A stretch of DNA of 52,008 nucleotides from Nocardioidaceae bacterium. GTDB taxonomy: Bacteria > Actinomycetota > Actinomycetes > Propionibacteriales > Nocardioidaceae. Every line of letters starts with the position of its first letter. The first letter of the stretch is position 1. Position numbers and translations under genes: made by a program. The stretch covers positions 1 to 52,008 of the forward strand of contig JBOHDE010000003.1 of NCBI GenBank assembly GCA_050699035.1, written 5' to 3'. Under the pieces are notes generated by a model, which searched no databases, was not told where the DNA came from, and worked only from the letters and a program-made list of their open reading frames with translations. Below, one piece after another: positions 9,875-18,857 of the stretch.

Positions 9875-10861
9875 TCAGATCAGGCCGAGGCCCTTGACCG
9901 CCTCGCGCTCCTCGGCGAGCTCGGCCGCGCTGGCGTCGATCAGGCCGCGGGAGAAGTCGTTGATCTCCAGCCCCTGCACGATCTCGTACGACCCGTCCTT
10001 CGTGGTCACGGGGAACGACGAGATCAGACCCTCCGGCACGTCGTACGAGCCGTCCGACGGGACCGCCATCGAGACCCAGTCGCCGTCCTTCGTGCCAAGC
10101 AGCCAGTCGTGGGCATGGTTGGCCGTCGCCGACGCGGCCGAAGCCGCCGACGACGCACCACGCGCCTCGATGATGGCCGCCCCACGCTTCTGCACCGTCG
10201 GGATGAACTCGTTCTCCAACCAGGCTTGGTCATTGACCAGCTCAGCGGCGTTCTTGCCGCCGACCTCGGCGTGGAAGATGTCGGGGTACTGGGTGGCCGA
10301 GTGGTTGCCCCAGATAGTCAAGTGCCGGATGTCGTTGACGCTGGCGCCGGTCTTGGCGGCGAGCTGGGCCAGCGCGCGGTTGTGGTCGAGCCTGGTCAGG
10401 GCTGTGAACCGCTCCCGCGGGATGTCGGGCGCGTTGCTCATCGCGATCAGCGCGTTGGTGTTGGCCGGGTTGCCGGTCACCGTGACCCGGATGTCGTCGG
10501 CCGCGTGGTCGTTCAGGGCCTTGCCCTGCGGCTTGAAGATGCCGCCGTTGGCCTCGAGCAGGTCGCCGCGCTCCATCCCCTTGGTGCGCGGGCGCGCGCC
10601 GACCAACAGCGCGACGTTGGCGCCGTCGAAGACGACATTCGGGTCGTCGCCGGTCTCCACCCCCGCCAGGGTCGGGAACGCGCAGTCGTCGAGCTCCATC
10701 ACCACACCCTCGAGCGCCTTCAGGGCGGGGGTGATCTCGAGCAGCCGCAGCTCGACCGGGGTGTCGGGGCCGAGCAGGGCGCCGCTGGCGAGGCGGAAGA
10801 GAAGGCTGTAGCCGATCTGGCCGGCGGCTCCGGTGACCGCCACCTTGACGGGAGTGCTCAC
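9875..10861 (-). CDS. mdh: malate dehydrogenase
   Basis: [27 protein letters not shown] (Rossmann fold) and [12 protein letters not shown]. 328 aa, LDH-like MDH family. Confidence 0.95.
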   Translation of the reverse strand: MSTPVKVAVTGAAGQIGYSLLFRLASGALLGPDTPVELRLLEITPALKALEGVVMELDDCAFPTLAGVETGDDPNVVFDGANVALLVGARPRTKGMERGDLLEANGGIFKPQGKALNDHAADDIRVTVTGNPANTNALIAMSNAPDIPRERFTALTRLDHNRALAQLAAKTGASVNDIRHLTIWGNHSATQYPDIFHAEVGGKNAAELVNDQAWLENEFIPTVQKRGAAIIEARGASSAASAASATANHAHDWLLGTKDGDWVSMAVPSDGSYDVPEGLISSFPVTTKDGSYEIVQGLEINDFSRGLIDASAAELAEEREAVKGLGLI

Positions 10862-10924
10862 GACACCCTCCTGGGTTCTCGGGGGTAGACAGTCGGACGC
10901 TAGCAGCGCGCCGCGCCCGGCCGG

Positions 10925-11665
10925 TCACCGCCCCGCAACGCGTCCCGGGAGCGGCCGAAGGTCGAACTCGTCGTCGCTCATCCGCCAGATCGCCACCGAC
11001 ACCATCACGACCCCCAGGGTGGTCAGACCCCACCCACCGAGTACGTCGAGCGGTCGGCTCGGCACGATCACGGCCGCGACCAGGTGCACCGGCTGGGACA
11101 CGGCGAGCACGACGCCGACCCACCGCGCGACGACACCGGAGCGGGCCAGTGCGATGCCGAGCAGGATCATCCCGAGGATGTGGCCGACCACCCAGCCGAA
11201 GCTGGAGATGATCGCGACCGGGTGGTCGTACGTGGCGTCGACGAGGCCGGCGATCTCGGTGACGGAGTAGCCCTCGCGGCCCATGATGTACGTCAGGTAG
11301 TCCACGTTGCCGGCCGCGCCCCAGTTGGCGTACGCGACAAAGCTCAGCGCGGCGCCGAGCGTGGCCAGCAGCGGAGCCCCGCGCCGGGCGACGTACCCCA
11401 GCACCAGCATGGAGAACAGCAGGGGCGGGGTGAAGATCATCGCGATCCACACGATGGCGTTCATCGCACCCGGGTCGGCCACCGAGTGCTGGACAATCGT
11501 CTCGGTGTCCTGGTCGGTCCAGTACGGCAGGATCGCCCGGACCGTCAGCACGCCCAGTGGTCCGATCGGCAAGGTGACGGCGATCAGCACCCGCCAGAAC
11601 CGGCGCAGGTCCCTGGGTCGGCGGGTTGACGTGGTGTCCGAACGGGTCATGGCTGGGGTGGTCAT
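10925..11665 (-). CDS. hypothetical polytopic membrane protein
   Basis: 246 aa with about 6 hydrophobic helices. No motif recognised. Coding is supported by length and membrane-protein composition. Divergent from the adjacent histidine kinase. Confidence 0.5.
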   Translation of the reverse strand: MTTPAMTRSDTTSTRRPRDLRRFWRVLIAVTLPIGPLGVLTVRAILPYWTDQDTETIVQHSVADPGAMNAIVWIAMIFTPPLLFSMLVLGYVARRGAPLLATLGAALSFVAYANWGAAGNVDYLTYIMGREGYSVTEIAGLVDATYDHPVAIISSFGWVVGHILGMILLGIALARSGVVARWVGVVLAVSQPVHLVAAVIVPSRPLDVLGGWGLTTLGVVMVSVAIWRMSDDEFDLRPLPGRVAGR

Positions 11666-11768
11666 CGCGGCCCTCCGAGGCTCGTCGTGATGTCATCTCC
11701 ACGATGGGTTCGGCCGGTCCGGGGCGCATCCGTGCGACCGCTGGTTCGTCCTCCGTGCCAACACGGAG

Positions 11769-13760
11769 GTGGGGCGGTCCGGCTCGCTCTATCGTGAGAA
11801 CGTGCCGTGGGCTCGGAGAGTCTCGATTGCAGCAGTTGCCGCTGCGGGGCTGGTCGTTGTCGGCGGCGTGACCGGGCTGTCCGCGCCTCTCACCGCCGGC
11901 GAGCTCGGCTGGCTGCTCGGCGGGCTTGTCACGTCGGTGCCGGCCGTCGCACTCGGCCTGCTGGTCTCCCGTCGGCAGCCGGCCAACGCGGTCGGTGCGC
12001 TGCTGGTCCTGGCCGGGTTGGCCGGTGTGGTGATGGCGACCTTCGACGGGTACCTCGCTGCCGCCGCCAGTGGCGCGCTGCCCGTCGGCGACGTGCTGGT
12101 CTCCGTCACCCAGGGCGCCTGGATGCTGTGGTACCTCCCGTTCGCCGTTCTGCTGCTGGTGTTTCCCGACGGCCGGCTGCTGAGCCCGCGCTGGCGGCTC
12201 GTCGCCGTGGCGCTGCCGTGCGTCGCCGTGGTGTTCAGCCTGCTGGTGTCGATGCTGCCCGGTCCTTACACGGCACCGGTCGAGGATGCCGCCCACGTCC
12301 TGGGGACATCGCGGGTCGCCGGGTACGCGGGGCTGGGCCTGCTGCCGGTCTTCATGGGGCTGCTGGTCGCCTCGCTGGCTGCCGTCGTCGTCCGCTACCG
12401 GTCGGCCGGTCCGCGGGTCCGTACCCAGCTGCGCTGGCTGCTCCTCGCCGGCCTGACGGTCCCGGGCACACTGCTGATCTGCTGGCTCAGCTACCTGCTC
12501 CTCGGCACCGCCGACCTGGTGGTCGTCGGCCTGGTCGCCATGTACGTCGCGATCCCGGCAGCGACGGCGGTCGCCGTCCTTCGCCGCGACCTGTACGACG
12601 TCGACCGGGCGTTGGTGGCCGCGGCCTCGTCCGGCATCCTCGCCACCGTCCTGCTCGGCGTCTTCACCGTCGTGTCGGCGCTGGCCGGGCTCGCGGTGGG
12701 CCGTGACTCCGCACTGGTCGCGGTGATCGCGACCGCCCTGTGTGCGCTCGCGCTGAACCCACTCCGGTCGCGGGTCGCGCGCTGGCTGGGTCGGCTGCTC
12801 TACCCGGACCGGGAGCGGGCGCTGGCGGCGATCGACGAGCTGCGCCGGCGCGTGCACGCCGGGGACGACGATCCGGAGCAGCTGGAGGCGGTGCTGCGCC
12901 AGGCCCTTCGCGACGACGGCCTGCGGATCGGCTTCCTGCCGCCCGGTGCCGACCGTGTCGTGGACGGCGAGGGAGCGGCGCTGGAGGACGGACGGGCGAG
13001 GCCGATCATGCTGGCGGGGGAGCGGATCGGCATGCTCGTACCGGGTCCGGACGCGGAGCACCCACCGCCGCGGGAGGTGGCCGACGCCTCCGCCGTGCTG
13101 GTGGAGATGGTCGGGCTCCGCCGCGAGCTCGGTCGTGCGCTGCGCGAGGTGGAGGCGAGCCGCGCCCGGCTGCTGCGGGCCGGGTACGACGAACGGCACC
13201 GGCTCGAGCAGGACCTGCACGACGGTGCCCAGCAGCGGCTGGTGGCCCTCGGGATGACGCTGCGGGTCGCCCAGCGCCATCTCCCCGACGTGGCGTCCGA
13301 CCTGCACGGGGTGATGGACCAGGCGGTCGCGGAGATCACCACGGCGGTCGCCGAGCTCCGGCAGATCGCCCACGGCCTCCGGCCGAGCAGTCTCGACGAC
13401 GGGCTCGCCGCCGCGCTGACCAACCTCACCCGGCTGGCGCCGATGCCGATCGGCCTGGAGATGAGCGCCGGCGAGCTGCCCGACGACGTGAGCACGACCG
13501 CCTACTACGTCGCCAGCGAGGCGGTCGCCAACGCCGTCAAGTACGCCGAGGCGCAGCGGATCGACCTCCAGGTGGCGCAGGTCGACGGCCACGTCCGCGT
13601 GACGGTCCGCGACGACGGCCGGGGCGGTGCCGCCGTACGCCCCGGTGCCGGCCTGGCCGGTCTGTCCGACCGGGTCGGCGCGCTCGGCGGGAGGCTGCAC
13701 GTCACCAGCGGTGCGGGCACCGGCACCGTGGTCGAGGCGGTGCTGCCATGCGGATCGTGA
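11769..13760 (+). CDS. sensor histidine kinase, NarL/LuxR-partner type (HisKA_3), with a multi-TM N-terminus
   Basis: H-box ERHRLEQDLHDGAQQRLVAL. The HATPase region contains YYVASEAVANAVKYA ... DDGRGGA ... GLAGLSDRVGALGG. Start is the GTG at 11769, or possibly 11802. Confidence 0.85.
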   Translation: MGRSGSLYRENVPWARRVSIAAVAAAGLVVVGGVTGLSAPLTAGELGWLLGGLVTSVPAVALGLLVSRRQPANAVGALLVLAGLAGVVMATFDGYLAAAASGALPVGDVLVSVTQGAWMLWYLPFAVLLLVFPDGRLLSPRWRLVAVALPCVAVVFSLLVSMLPGPYTAPVEDAAHVLGTSRVAGYAGLGLLPVFMGLLVASLAAVVVRYRSAGPRVRTQLRWLLLAGLTVPGTLLICWLSYLLLGTADLVVVGLVAMYVAIPAATAVAVLRRDLYDVDRALVAAASSGILATVLLGVFTVVSALAGLAVGRDSALVAVIATALCALALNPLRSRVARWLGRLLYPDRERALAAIDELRRRVHAGDDDPEQLEAVLRQALRDDGLRIGFLPPGADRVVDGEGAALEDGRARPIMLAGERIGMLVPGPDAEHPPPREVADASAVLVEMVGLRRELGRALREVEASRARLLRAGYDERHRLEQDLHDGAQQRLVALGMTLRVAQRHLPDVASDLHGVMDQAVAEITTAVAELRQIAHGLRPSSLDDGLAAALTNLTRLAPMPIGLEMSAGELPDDVSTTAYYVASEAVANAVKYAEAQRIDLQVAQVDGHVRVTVRDDGRGGAAVRPGAGLAGLSDRVGALGGRLHVTSGAGTGTVVEAVLPCGS

Positions 13761-14389
13761 TCGGCGAGGACTCGGCGCTGTTCCGGGAGGGTCTGGCGAG
13801 CCTGTTGACCGACTCGGGACACGATGTGGTGGCGCGGGCGACCGACGGGCCCGGCGTACTCGCCGCGATCCGGGCGCACCGGCCCGACCTCGCATTGGTC
13901 GACGTGCGCATGCCGCCCGACCACACCGACGACGGTGCTCGGGCGGCAGCGCAGGCCCGGGCGGAGTTCCCGGAGCTGGGCATCGTCCTGCTGTCGCAGC
14001 ACGTCGAGACCCGGCACTCGGTGGCGCTGGTCACCAGCGGGCGGTTCGGCTATCTGCTGAAGGACCGGGTGCTGGATGTCGACGACTTCATGGACACGCT
14101 CGAGCGGGTAGCGGCCGGCGGTTCTGCGCTCGACCCTGAGGTGGTGGCGCGGCTGCTGGCCGTACGCCGAGAGCCCGAGTCGCCACTGACTCCGCGGGAG
14201 GCCGAGGTGCTGGCGCTGATGGCGGAGGGCCGCACGAACGCGGGCATCGCGCGACGGCTCTGGCTGACCGCGCGGACGGTCGAGACCCACGTCAGCAGCA
14301 TCATGGCCAAGCTCGGCCTGTCCGCGAGCGACGACGACCATCGACGGGTCCTTGCCGTACTCGCCTACCTCGACACCGCCGCCCGCTGA
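13748..14389 (+). CDS. response regulator, NarL/LuxR family
   Basis: MRIVIGEDSALFREGL ... PDLALVDVRMPP (receiver Asp) plus LTPREAEVLALMAEGRTNAGIARRLWLTARTVETHVSSIMAKLG (LuxR HTH). It overlaps the kinase stop by 13 nt. Confidence 0.9.
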   Translation: MRIVIGEDSALFREGLASLLTDSGHDVVARATDGPGVLAAIRAHRPDLALVDVRMPPDHTDDGARAAAQARAEFPELGIVLLSQHVETRHSVALVTSGRFGYLLKDRVLDVDDFMDTLERVAAGGSALDPEVVARLLAVRREPESPLTPREAEVLALMAEGRTNAGIARRLWLTARTVETHVSSIMAKLGLSASDDDHRRVLAVLAYLDTAAR

Positions 14390-14396
14390 CCTCGGG

Positions 14397-14416
14397 CGTG
14401 GGGCGGTGACCCCACG
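14397..14416 (+). terminator. short stem-loop after the response regulator
   Basis: CGTGGGG-CGGTGA-CCCCACG, a 7-bp stem 8 nt after the stop codon. There is no clear U-tract. Confidence 0.4.
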
Positions 14417-14469
14417 AGCGCTTAGGGTGACTGGTCGAGGGGGAGACCGACGCGAGCCAGGACGAGGAA

Positions 14470-14769
14470 ATGGCTGACATCTACATCGACTTCGCGGCGC
14501 TGGAGCGCACCAAGTCCAACCTCGGTGATGTGGAGGACCTGCTCAGTGGTCCGTGCAAGGGCATGGCCGACCTTCCCACCGAGGCGGCGGGCCACGAGGA
14601 CCTGATCTCCAAGCTCCGTGACTTCGGTGGCGAGTGGGACTACGGCATCGGCAAGCTCGGTGAGTTCAGCGGCGGAGCGGTTGACGCGCTCAAAACCATC
14701 GGCGACGCGTTCCTCGAGCTCGACAAGCAGCTCACGGACTCGTTCAAGCCCAAGGCGGGCTCGGCGTGA
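14470..14769 (+). CDS. small (99 aa) predicted all-helical protein, WXG100/Lap-like candidate partner of the downstream T7SS-type protein
   Basis: GAGG lies 5 nt upstream of the ATG. The sequence is acidic with helical heptad character (DFAALERTKSNLGDVEDLL ... GGEWDYGIGKLGEF ... ALKTIGDAFLELDKQL). Its stop overlaps the next gene's start (GTGA at 14766-14769). Confidence 0.55.
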   Translation: MADIYIDFAALERTKSNLGDVEDLLSGPCKGMADLPTEAAGHEDLISKLRDFGGEWDYGIGKLGEFSGGAVDALKTIGDAFLELDKQLTDSFKPKAGSA

Positions 14770-15893
14770 CCACGTACGACGCCCTCGGGTTCAACCCCGC
14801 ACCCGGCAGCCAGAGCCAGGGCGAGGTGATGGCCGGTCGGCTGCGGGCCGCGACCGAGGCCCTCGGCAACATCAACGACGTCCTCAGCGGCACGGGGAAC
14901 CAGGAGTGGGAAGGCAAGACCGCGGTCGCGTTCCGTGGGCTCGTCAAGGAGGATCTGCAGCCCCGGATCCAGGAGGCGTACGAGAGCTTCGGCACCGCCT
15001 CACGGGCGCTCGACCGGTGGCTGCGTGACCTGGACGGGTTCCAGTCGCGGGCCGAGGCGCTCGAGCGGGAGGCCGAGGCAGCCCGCGCCGACGTCGCCGC
15101 CGCGCAGTCCGCCGTCGACGGCATGGGTGATGCGCCCACGGACGACCCGGCCGCGAAGAAGGAGTACGACAAGACCGTCGGCGAGAACAACGCGGCGCTG
15201 ACGAGCAGCGAGTCGACGCTGGACGGCATCATCGCGCGGGCCAACACACTGGCCGGCGAGGCGTCCGACTCCGCAACGACGACGGCCGGGGCGCTCGACA
15301 CCGCGATGAAGGCGGCACCGGACGAGCCCGGTCTCTGGGACCGGATCACCGGGGCGCTGGAGGGGATCGGCGAGTTCCTCGGCGACGTGGTGGAGTTCGT
15401 CAAGAACAACTGGTGGGACCTGCTGCACAAGCTGGTCAACATCACCGCGACCGTGCTGTCGATCGCCTCGCTGTTCTGCCCGGCCCTCGCGCCGTTCGCC
15501 CTCGCGTTCGCCGTCGCCGACGTGCTGATGTCAGGCATCGACTGGGCGCGAGGCGTACCCGGGGCGAAAGAGGCGTTCCTCACCGGTGCGTTGGGTCTGG
15601 TGGGCGGCTTCGCGGTCGGCAAGCTGGTCGGCACGTTCATGAGCGCCGCCGGCCCCGCGTTGGCGACCGGCCCGTTCCGGGTGATGGCGTCGGGAGGTGC
15701 GGCCAGCATCGCCGCCCCTGCTGCGGCCGTCCTCTCGTACAACCCGGCGTTCGGTCCTGCGTTGGCCGGCTACATGGTGATCAAGACCAAGGACGCCACG
15801 GATGGCGCGGACGCGATCCAGAGCCTGCTCGGCAACAACACCTACTACAGCGACAGCCTGGCCTCCGGCTGGCAGAAGGCGCGGGCCAACTGA
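14766..15893 (+). CDS. putative T7SS-secreted protein: N-terminal WXG-type helical domain, coiled-coil linker, C-terminal Gly/Ala-rich membrane-inserting domain
   Basis: Opens with ALGFNPAPGS and has a canonical W48-E49-G50 (NQEWEGKTAVAFRG). A coiled coil follows (RAEALEREAEAARADVAAAQSAV). The C-terminus carries 3-4 hydrophobic or glycine-zipper helices (ITATVLSIASLFCPALAPFALAFAVADVLM; GALGLVGGFAVGKLVGTFMSAAG). Confidence 0.6.
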   Translation: MTTYDALGFNPAPGSQSQGEVMAGRLRAATEALGNINDVLSGTGNQEWEGKTAVAFRGLVKEDLQPRIQEAYESFGTASRALDRWLRDLDGFQSRAEALEREAEAARADVAAAQSAVDGMGDAPTDDPAAKKEYDKTVGENNAALTSSESTLDGIIARANTLAGEASDSATTTAGALDTAMKAAPDEPGLWDRITGALEGIGEFLGDVVEFVKNNWWDLLHKLVNITATVLSIASLFCPALAPFALAFAVADVLMSGIDWARGVPGAKEAFLTGALGLVGGFAVGKLVGTFMSAAGPALATGPFRVMASGGAASIAAPAAAVLSYNPAFGPALAGYMVIKTKDATDGADAIQSLLGNNTYYSDSLASGWQKARAN

Positions 15894-16618
15894 TGGCGAC
15901 CGCGACCCTGCCACGTCAGGACCTCTGGGTGCTGGTGCCGCCCGGCTGGATCGAGTTCAGCGCGTTCTCCAGCGACGAGGCGGCGACGCGGTGGTTCGAC
16001 CGGTTGCTCGCCAAAACCCCGGACCTGTTCGACGAGCAGACCCGGGTGGCGCTGCGCGTGACCTATGCGCAAGTACGCAGCCAGATCCCCGCCGGTCTGG
16101 TCGACTCCGCGGGGGCGCTGATCACGACCCTGCTCGACGACACGGTCACGATGTGGCAGTTCAGCATGCGCGTACTCGACCTGCCGCGGAGCGGTGACAT
16201 CAACCCGATGGCGGTGGTCGAGCGCTTTCTCGAGTCGGAGCAGGGCAGGTCGGAGGTCGGCGAGGACGACATCGTCGAGTCGTTCCAGACCGAGGACGGC
16301 CGCGACGGCGTCGCGATCCACACCACGGCCACGGCGGTCGACGACGGTGGGCAGCTCGTCGCCAACGTCCCCGGCACCGATCCGGCCGCCCTCGGAGTCG
16401 TGTACGCCGCGGTCCGGCTGCATCGCCAGGAGGGCAGCGAGGCCGATCGGCTGGCCGTGGTCACCGGCATCGCACCGAATATCGAGCAGCGGCTCCCGAT
16501 GTCGATCATCGCTGCCCAGCTGACCCTCTCCGCCGAGCTGCGCGACGAGGGAGCCGACCCGCCCGAAGGCAGCATCGATGTCGACACGACGGGGCGTTTC
16601 GACCAGACTGCGGGCTGA
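15893..16618 (+). CDS. acidic soluble protein of unknown function (candidate chaperone or immunity factor of the cassette)
   Basis: The ATG shares its A with the upstream TGA (TGATG at 15891-15895). 241 aa with no TM segments and many Asp/Glu. The long ORF-track entry 15413..16618 is trimmed to this coupled start. Confidence 0.5.
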   Translation: MATATLPRQDLWVLVPPGWIEFSAFSSDEAATRWFDRLLAKTPDLFDEQTRVALRVTYAQVRSQIPAGLVDSAGALITTLLDDTVTMWQFSMRVLDLPRSGDINPMAVVERFLESEQGRSEVGEDDIVESFQTEDGRDGVAIHTTATAVDDGGQLVANVPGTDPAALGVVYAAVRLHRQEGSEADRLAVVTGIAPNIEQRLPMSIIAAQLTLSAELRDEGADPPEGSIDVDTTGRFDQTAG

Positions 16619-17334
16619 TGACTTCGCAGCAGGCACCGCTGATCGGTGACGATGCGCGCGCCTATGTCGAGCGGGACTACGACGCGCTGGGGTCTGACGA
16701 CCTGCCGGGCCAGCTGTGGGAACGCACCAAGGCGCTGAAGGTCCTCGCTCGCGAGTGCGACTCGTTTGCTCGGCTGTTGTCCGGTCTTGCTGCCTGGGCC
16801 CTCGCCGTCGCCGGTGGCGCGCTGGTGGCGCTGGCCGTGTGGAACGACGTGAACGGCGTCCTCAGGGTCGTCGGTGTCGTCGTCGGTGTGCCGCTCGTGG
16901 CCGCGGCGGCGGTGCTCGGCCGCCGGGTCTGGCAGGCCGGGCGTGTCGTGGTCGACGCGTTCTGCTGGTGGACGCTGCTGCCGGAGAAGCTGGCCGGCGG
17001 CGGAGCCGGTGTCGAGGACTGGCGGTCGTCGCCAGTTCGGGATGCGGTGGCGGCGCGCGTGTTCGTGTTCCAGGGCTGGCGGCCGCTGCGAATCGGCCTC
17101 GGCGCGGTGGCGTTCCTGAGCCCGGCGATCTTCTTCGCGCTCGCCGTCGAGGGCGGACCGCGCTATCGGCCGACCTGGCACGAGGGTCAGACGGCGGCGC
17201 TCTGGGTGATCGGGCTGACGCTGGTCGTCGCCGGCTTCGCGGCCGGTGTGGTCCTGATGGGTGGACAGTGGCGAGCCAACCTCGCCCACTCCCAGCGCGA
17301 CCCCGTGCAGCGGAAGATCTTCGGCCAGCGCTGA
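16618..17334 (+). CDS. four-TM membrane protein (candidate immunity protein)
   Basis: TGATG coupling at 16616-16620. 238 aa. Two helical hairpins: LSGLAAWALAVAGGALVALAVW / VVGVVVGVPLVAAAAVLG and LRIGLGAVAFLSPAIFFALAV / ALWVIGLTLVVAGFAAGVVLMGG. Confidence 0.5.
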   Translation: MTSQQAPLIGDDARAYVERDYDALGSDDLPGQLWERTKALKVLARECDSFARLLSGLAAWALAVAGGALVALAVWNDVNGVLRVVGVVVGVPLVAAAAVLGRRVWQAGRVVVDAFCWWTLLPEKLAGGGAGVEDWRSSPVRDAVAARVFVFQGWRPLRIGLGAVAFLSPAIFFALAVEGGPRYRPTWHEGQTAALWVIGLTLVVAGFAAGVVLMGGQWRANLAHSQRDPVQRKIFGQR

Positions 17335-17344
17335 CCACCAGAGC

Positions 17345-17409
17345 CCGGTGAGTGTGACGTTCTGGTGCGACACGCCGGCGTGTCGCGACCAAAACGTCAC
17401 ACTCACCGG
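17345..17409. repeat. REP-like palindromic element, copy 2; probable terminator of the four-gene cassette
   Basis: CCGGTGAGTGTGACGTTCTGGTGCGACACGCC | GGCGTGTCGCGACCAAAACGTCACACTCACCGG. It shares the core GAGTGTGACGTT.T.G..CGACACGCCGGCGTGTCGCG.C.AAAACGTCAC with copy 1 at 161-221. Confidence 0.7.
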
Positions 17410-17444
17410 GAGGGGGCGGTGGGTGAGGGTGGCGGCTGAGATAT

Positions 17445-17456
17445 CTTGACGTCAAG
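17445..17456. promoter_or_regulatory. perfect 12-bp palindrome CTTGACGTCAAG upstream of icd (contains a TTGACG -35-like hexamer)
   Basis: Read directly from the sequence, 35 nt upstream of the icd ATG. Its function is inferred only. Confidence 0.3.
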
Positions 17457-17490
17457 CAATCTTCTCCGCAGCAGACCGGGAGCCGTCTCC

Positions 17491-18708
17491 ATGGCCAAGA
17501 TCAAGGTGCAGAACCCCGTCGTCGAGCTCGACGGCGACGAGATGACGCGGATCATCTGGCAGTTCATCAAGGACCGCCTGATCCACCCGTATCTCGATGT
17601 CGACCTCAAGTACTACGACCTGGGCATCGAGAACCGCGACGCCACCGACGACCAGGTCACGGTCGACGCGGCGCACGCGATCAAGGAGCACGGCGCCGGC
17701 GTCAAGTGCGCGACGATCACGCCGGACGAGGCGCGGGTCGAGGAGTTCGGCCTGAAGCAGATGTGGCTGTCACCCAACGGCACGATCCGTAACATCCTCG
17801 GCGGCGTGATCTTCCGCGAGCCGATCGTGATCTCCAACATCCCGCGGCTGGTGCCCGGTTGGACCAAGCCGATCATCGTCGGCCGCCATGCACACGGTGA
17901 CCAGTACAAGGCGACCAACTTCAAGGTGCCCGGCGCCGGCACCGTGACCATCACGTACACGCCGAAGGACGGCTCCGAGCCGATCGAGCACGAGATCGTC
18001 CAGATGCCGGAGGACGGCGGCGTCGTGATGGGTATGTACAACTTCAACAAGTCGATCGAGGACTTCGCGCGGGCGTCGCTCTCGTACGGCCTGCAGCGCG
18101 GGTACCCCGTCTATATGTCGACGAAGAACACCATCCTCAAGGCGTACGACGGCGCCTTCAAGGACATCTTCGCCGATGTGTTCGAGCGTGAGTTCAAGGC
18201 CGACTTCGAGAAGGCCGGCCTGACCTACGAGCACCGGCTGATCGACGACATGGTCGCCGCGGCGCTCAAGTGGGAGGGCGGCTACGTCTGGGCCTGCAAG
18301 AACTACGACGGCGACGTCCAGTCCGACACCGTCGCGCAGGGCTTCGGCTCGCTCGGCCTGATGACGTCGGTGCTGATGACGCCGGACGGCAAGACGGTCG
18401 AGGCCGAGGCCGCACACGGCACCGTGACCCGGCACTTCCGCCAGCACCAGCAGGGCAAGCCCACCTCGACCAACCCGATCGCGTCGATCTTCGCCTGGAC
18501 CGGTGGTCTGAAGCACCGCGGCAAGCTGGACGGCACCCCTGAGGTGACCGGGTTCGCCGAGACGCTGGAGCAGGTCTGCATCGAGACGGTCGAGAGCGGC
18601 AAGATGACCAAGGACCTCGCGCTGCTGGTCGGACCCGACCAGGCCTTCCTCACCACCGAGGAGTTCCTCGCGGCGCTGGACGAGAATCTGGCTGCCAAGC
18701 TCGGCTGA
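17491..18708 (+). CDS. icd: NADP-dependent isocitrate dehydrogenase (eukaryote-like homodimeric type)
   Basis: [31 protein letters not shown] ... [14 protein letters not shown] ... NYDGDVQSD. The start is trimmed to the ATG at 17491. Confidence 0.95.
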   Translation: MAKIKVQNPVVELDGDEMTRIIWQFIKDRLIHPYLDVDLKYYDLGIENRDATDDQVTVDAAHAIKEHGAGVKCATITPDEARVEEFGLKQMWLSPNGTIRNILGGVIFREPIVISNIPRLVPGWTKPIIVGRHAHGDQYKATNFKVPGAGTVTITYTPKDGSEPIEHEIVQMPEDGGVVMGMYNFNKSIEDFARASLSYGLQRGYPVYMSTKNTILKAYDGAFKDIFADVFEREFKADFEKAGLTYEHRLIDDMVAAALKWEGGYVWACKNYDGDVQSDTVAQGFGSLGLMTSVLMTPDGKTVEAEAAHGTVTRHFRQHQQGKPTSTNPIASIFAWTGGLKHRGKLDGTPEVTGFAETLEQVCIETVESGKMTKDLALLVGPDQAFLTTEEFLAALDENLAAKLG

Positions 18709-18723
18709 TCGACCGCCGCGTCG

Positions 18724-18757
18724 AAGGCGCGAGGCCGCTTCCGCGGTCTCGCGCCTT
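18724..18757 (+). terminator. intrinsic terminator after icd
   Basis: AAGGCGCGAG - loop - CTCGCGCCTT followed by a T-containing tail, 16 nt after the icd stop. Confidence 0.6.
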
Positions 18758-18857
18758 TGCGTGTTCTGGCCCATCGCGGCCCGCAGACCCCTAGCATCAT
18801 CCTTGGGGAGGGGGTACGAGGCGACGACCGTCGCCCGCTGACAAGGAGCGTCTCGCG

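Noticed and set aside
10242-13895. Very long antisense or alternate-frame ORFs in the track. Examples: 10242..13895 (-, 1217 aa), 44555..47392 (-, 945 aa), 4776..6659 (-), 6110..8326 (-), 50483..51958 (-), 2906..4801 (-), 25741..27120 (-).
   Set aside because: Their translations are Arg/Pro/Gly/His-rich low-complexity sequence with no motifs. They lie opposite to, or out of frame with, genes that have strong family signatures. Such shadow ORFs are expected in ~70% GC DNA, where stop codons are rare.
14470-17334. A complete ESX/type VII secretion locus.
   Set aside because: Only substrate-like and accessory-like genes are present. No FtsK/SpoIIIE-type EccC ATPase, EccB/D/E or mycosin is encoded within the 52 kb, so the call is limited to an orphan substrate/toxin cassette.
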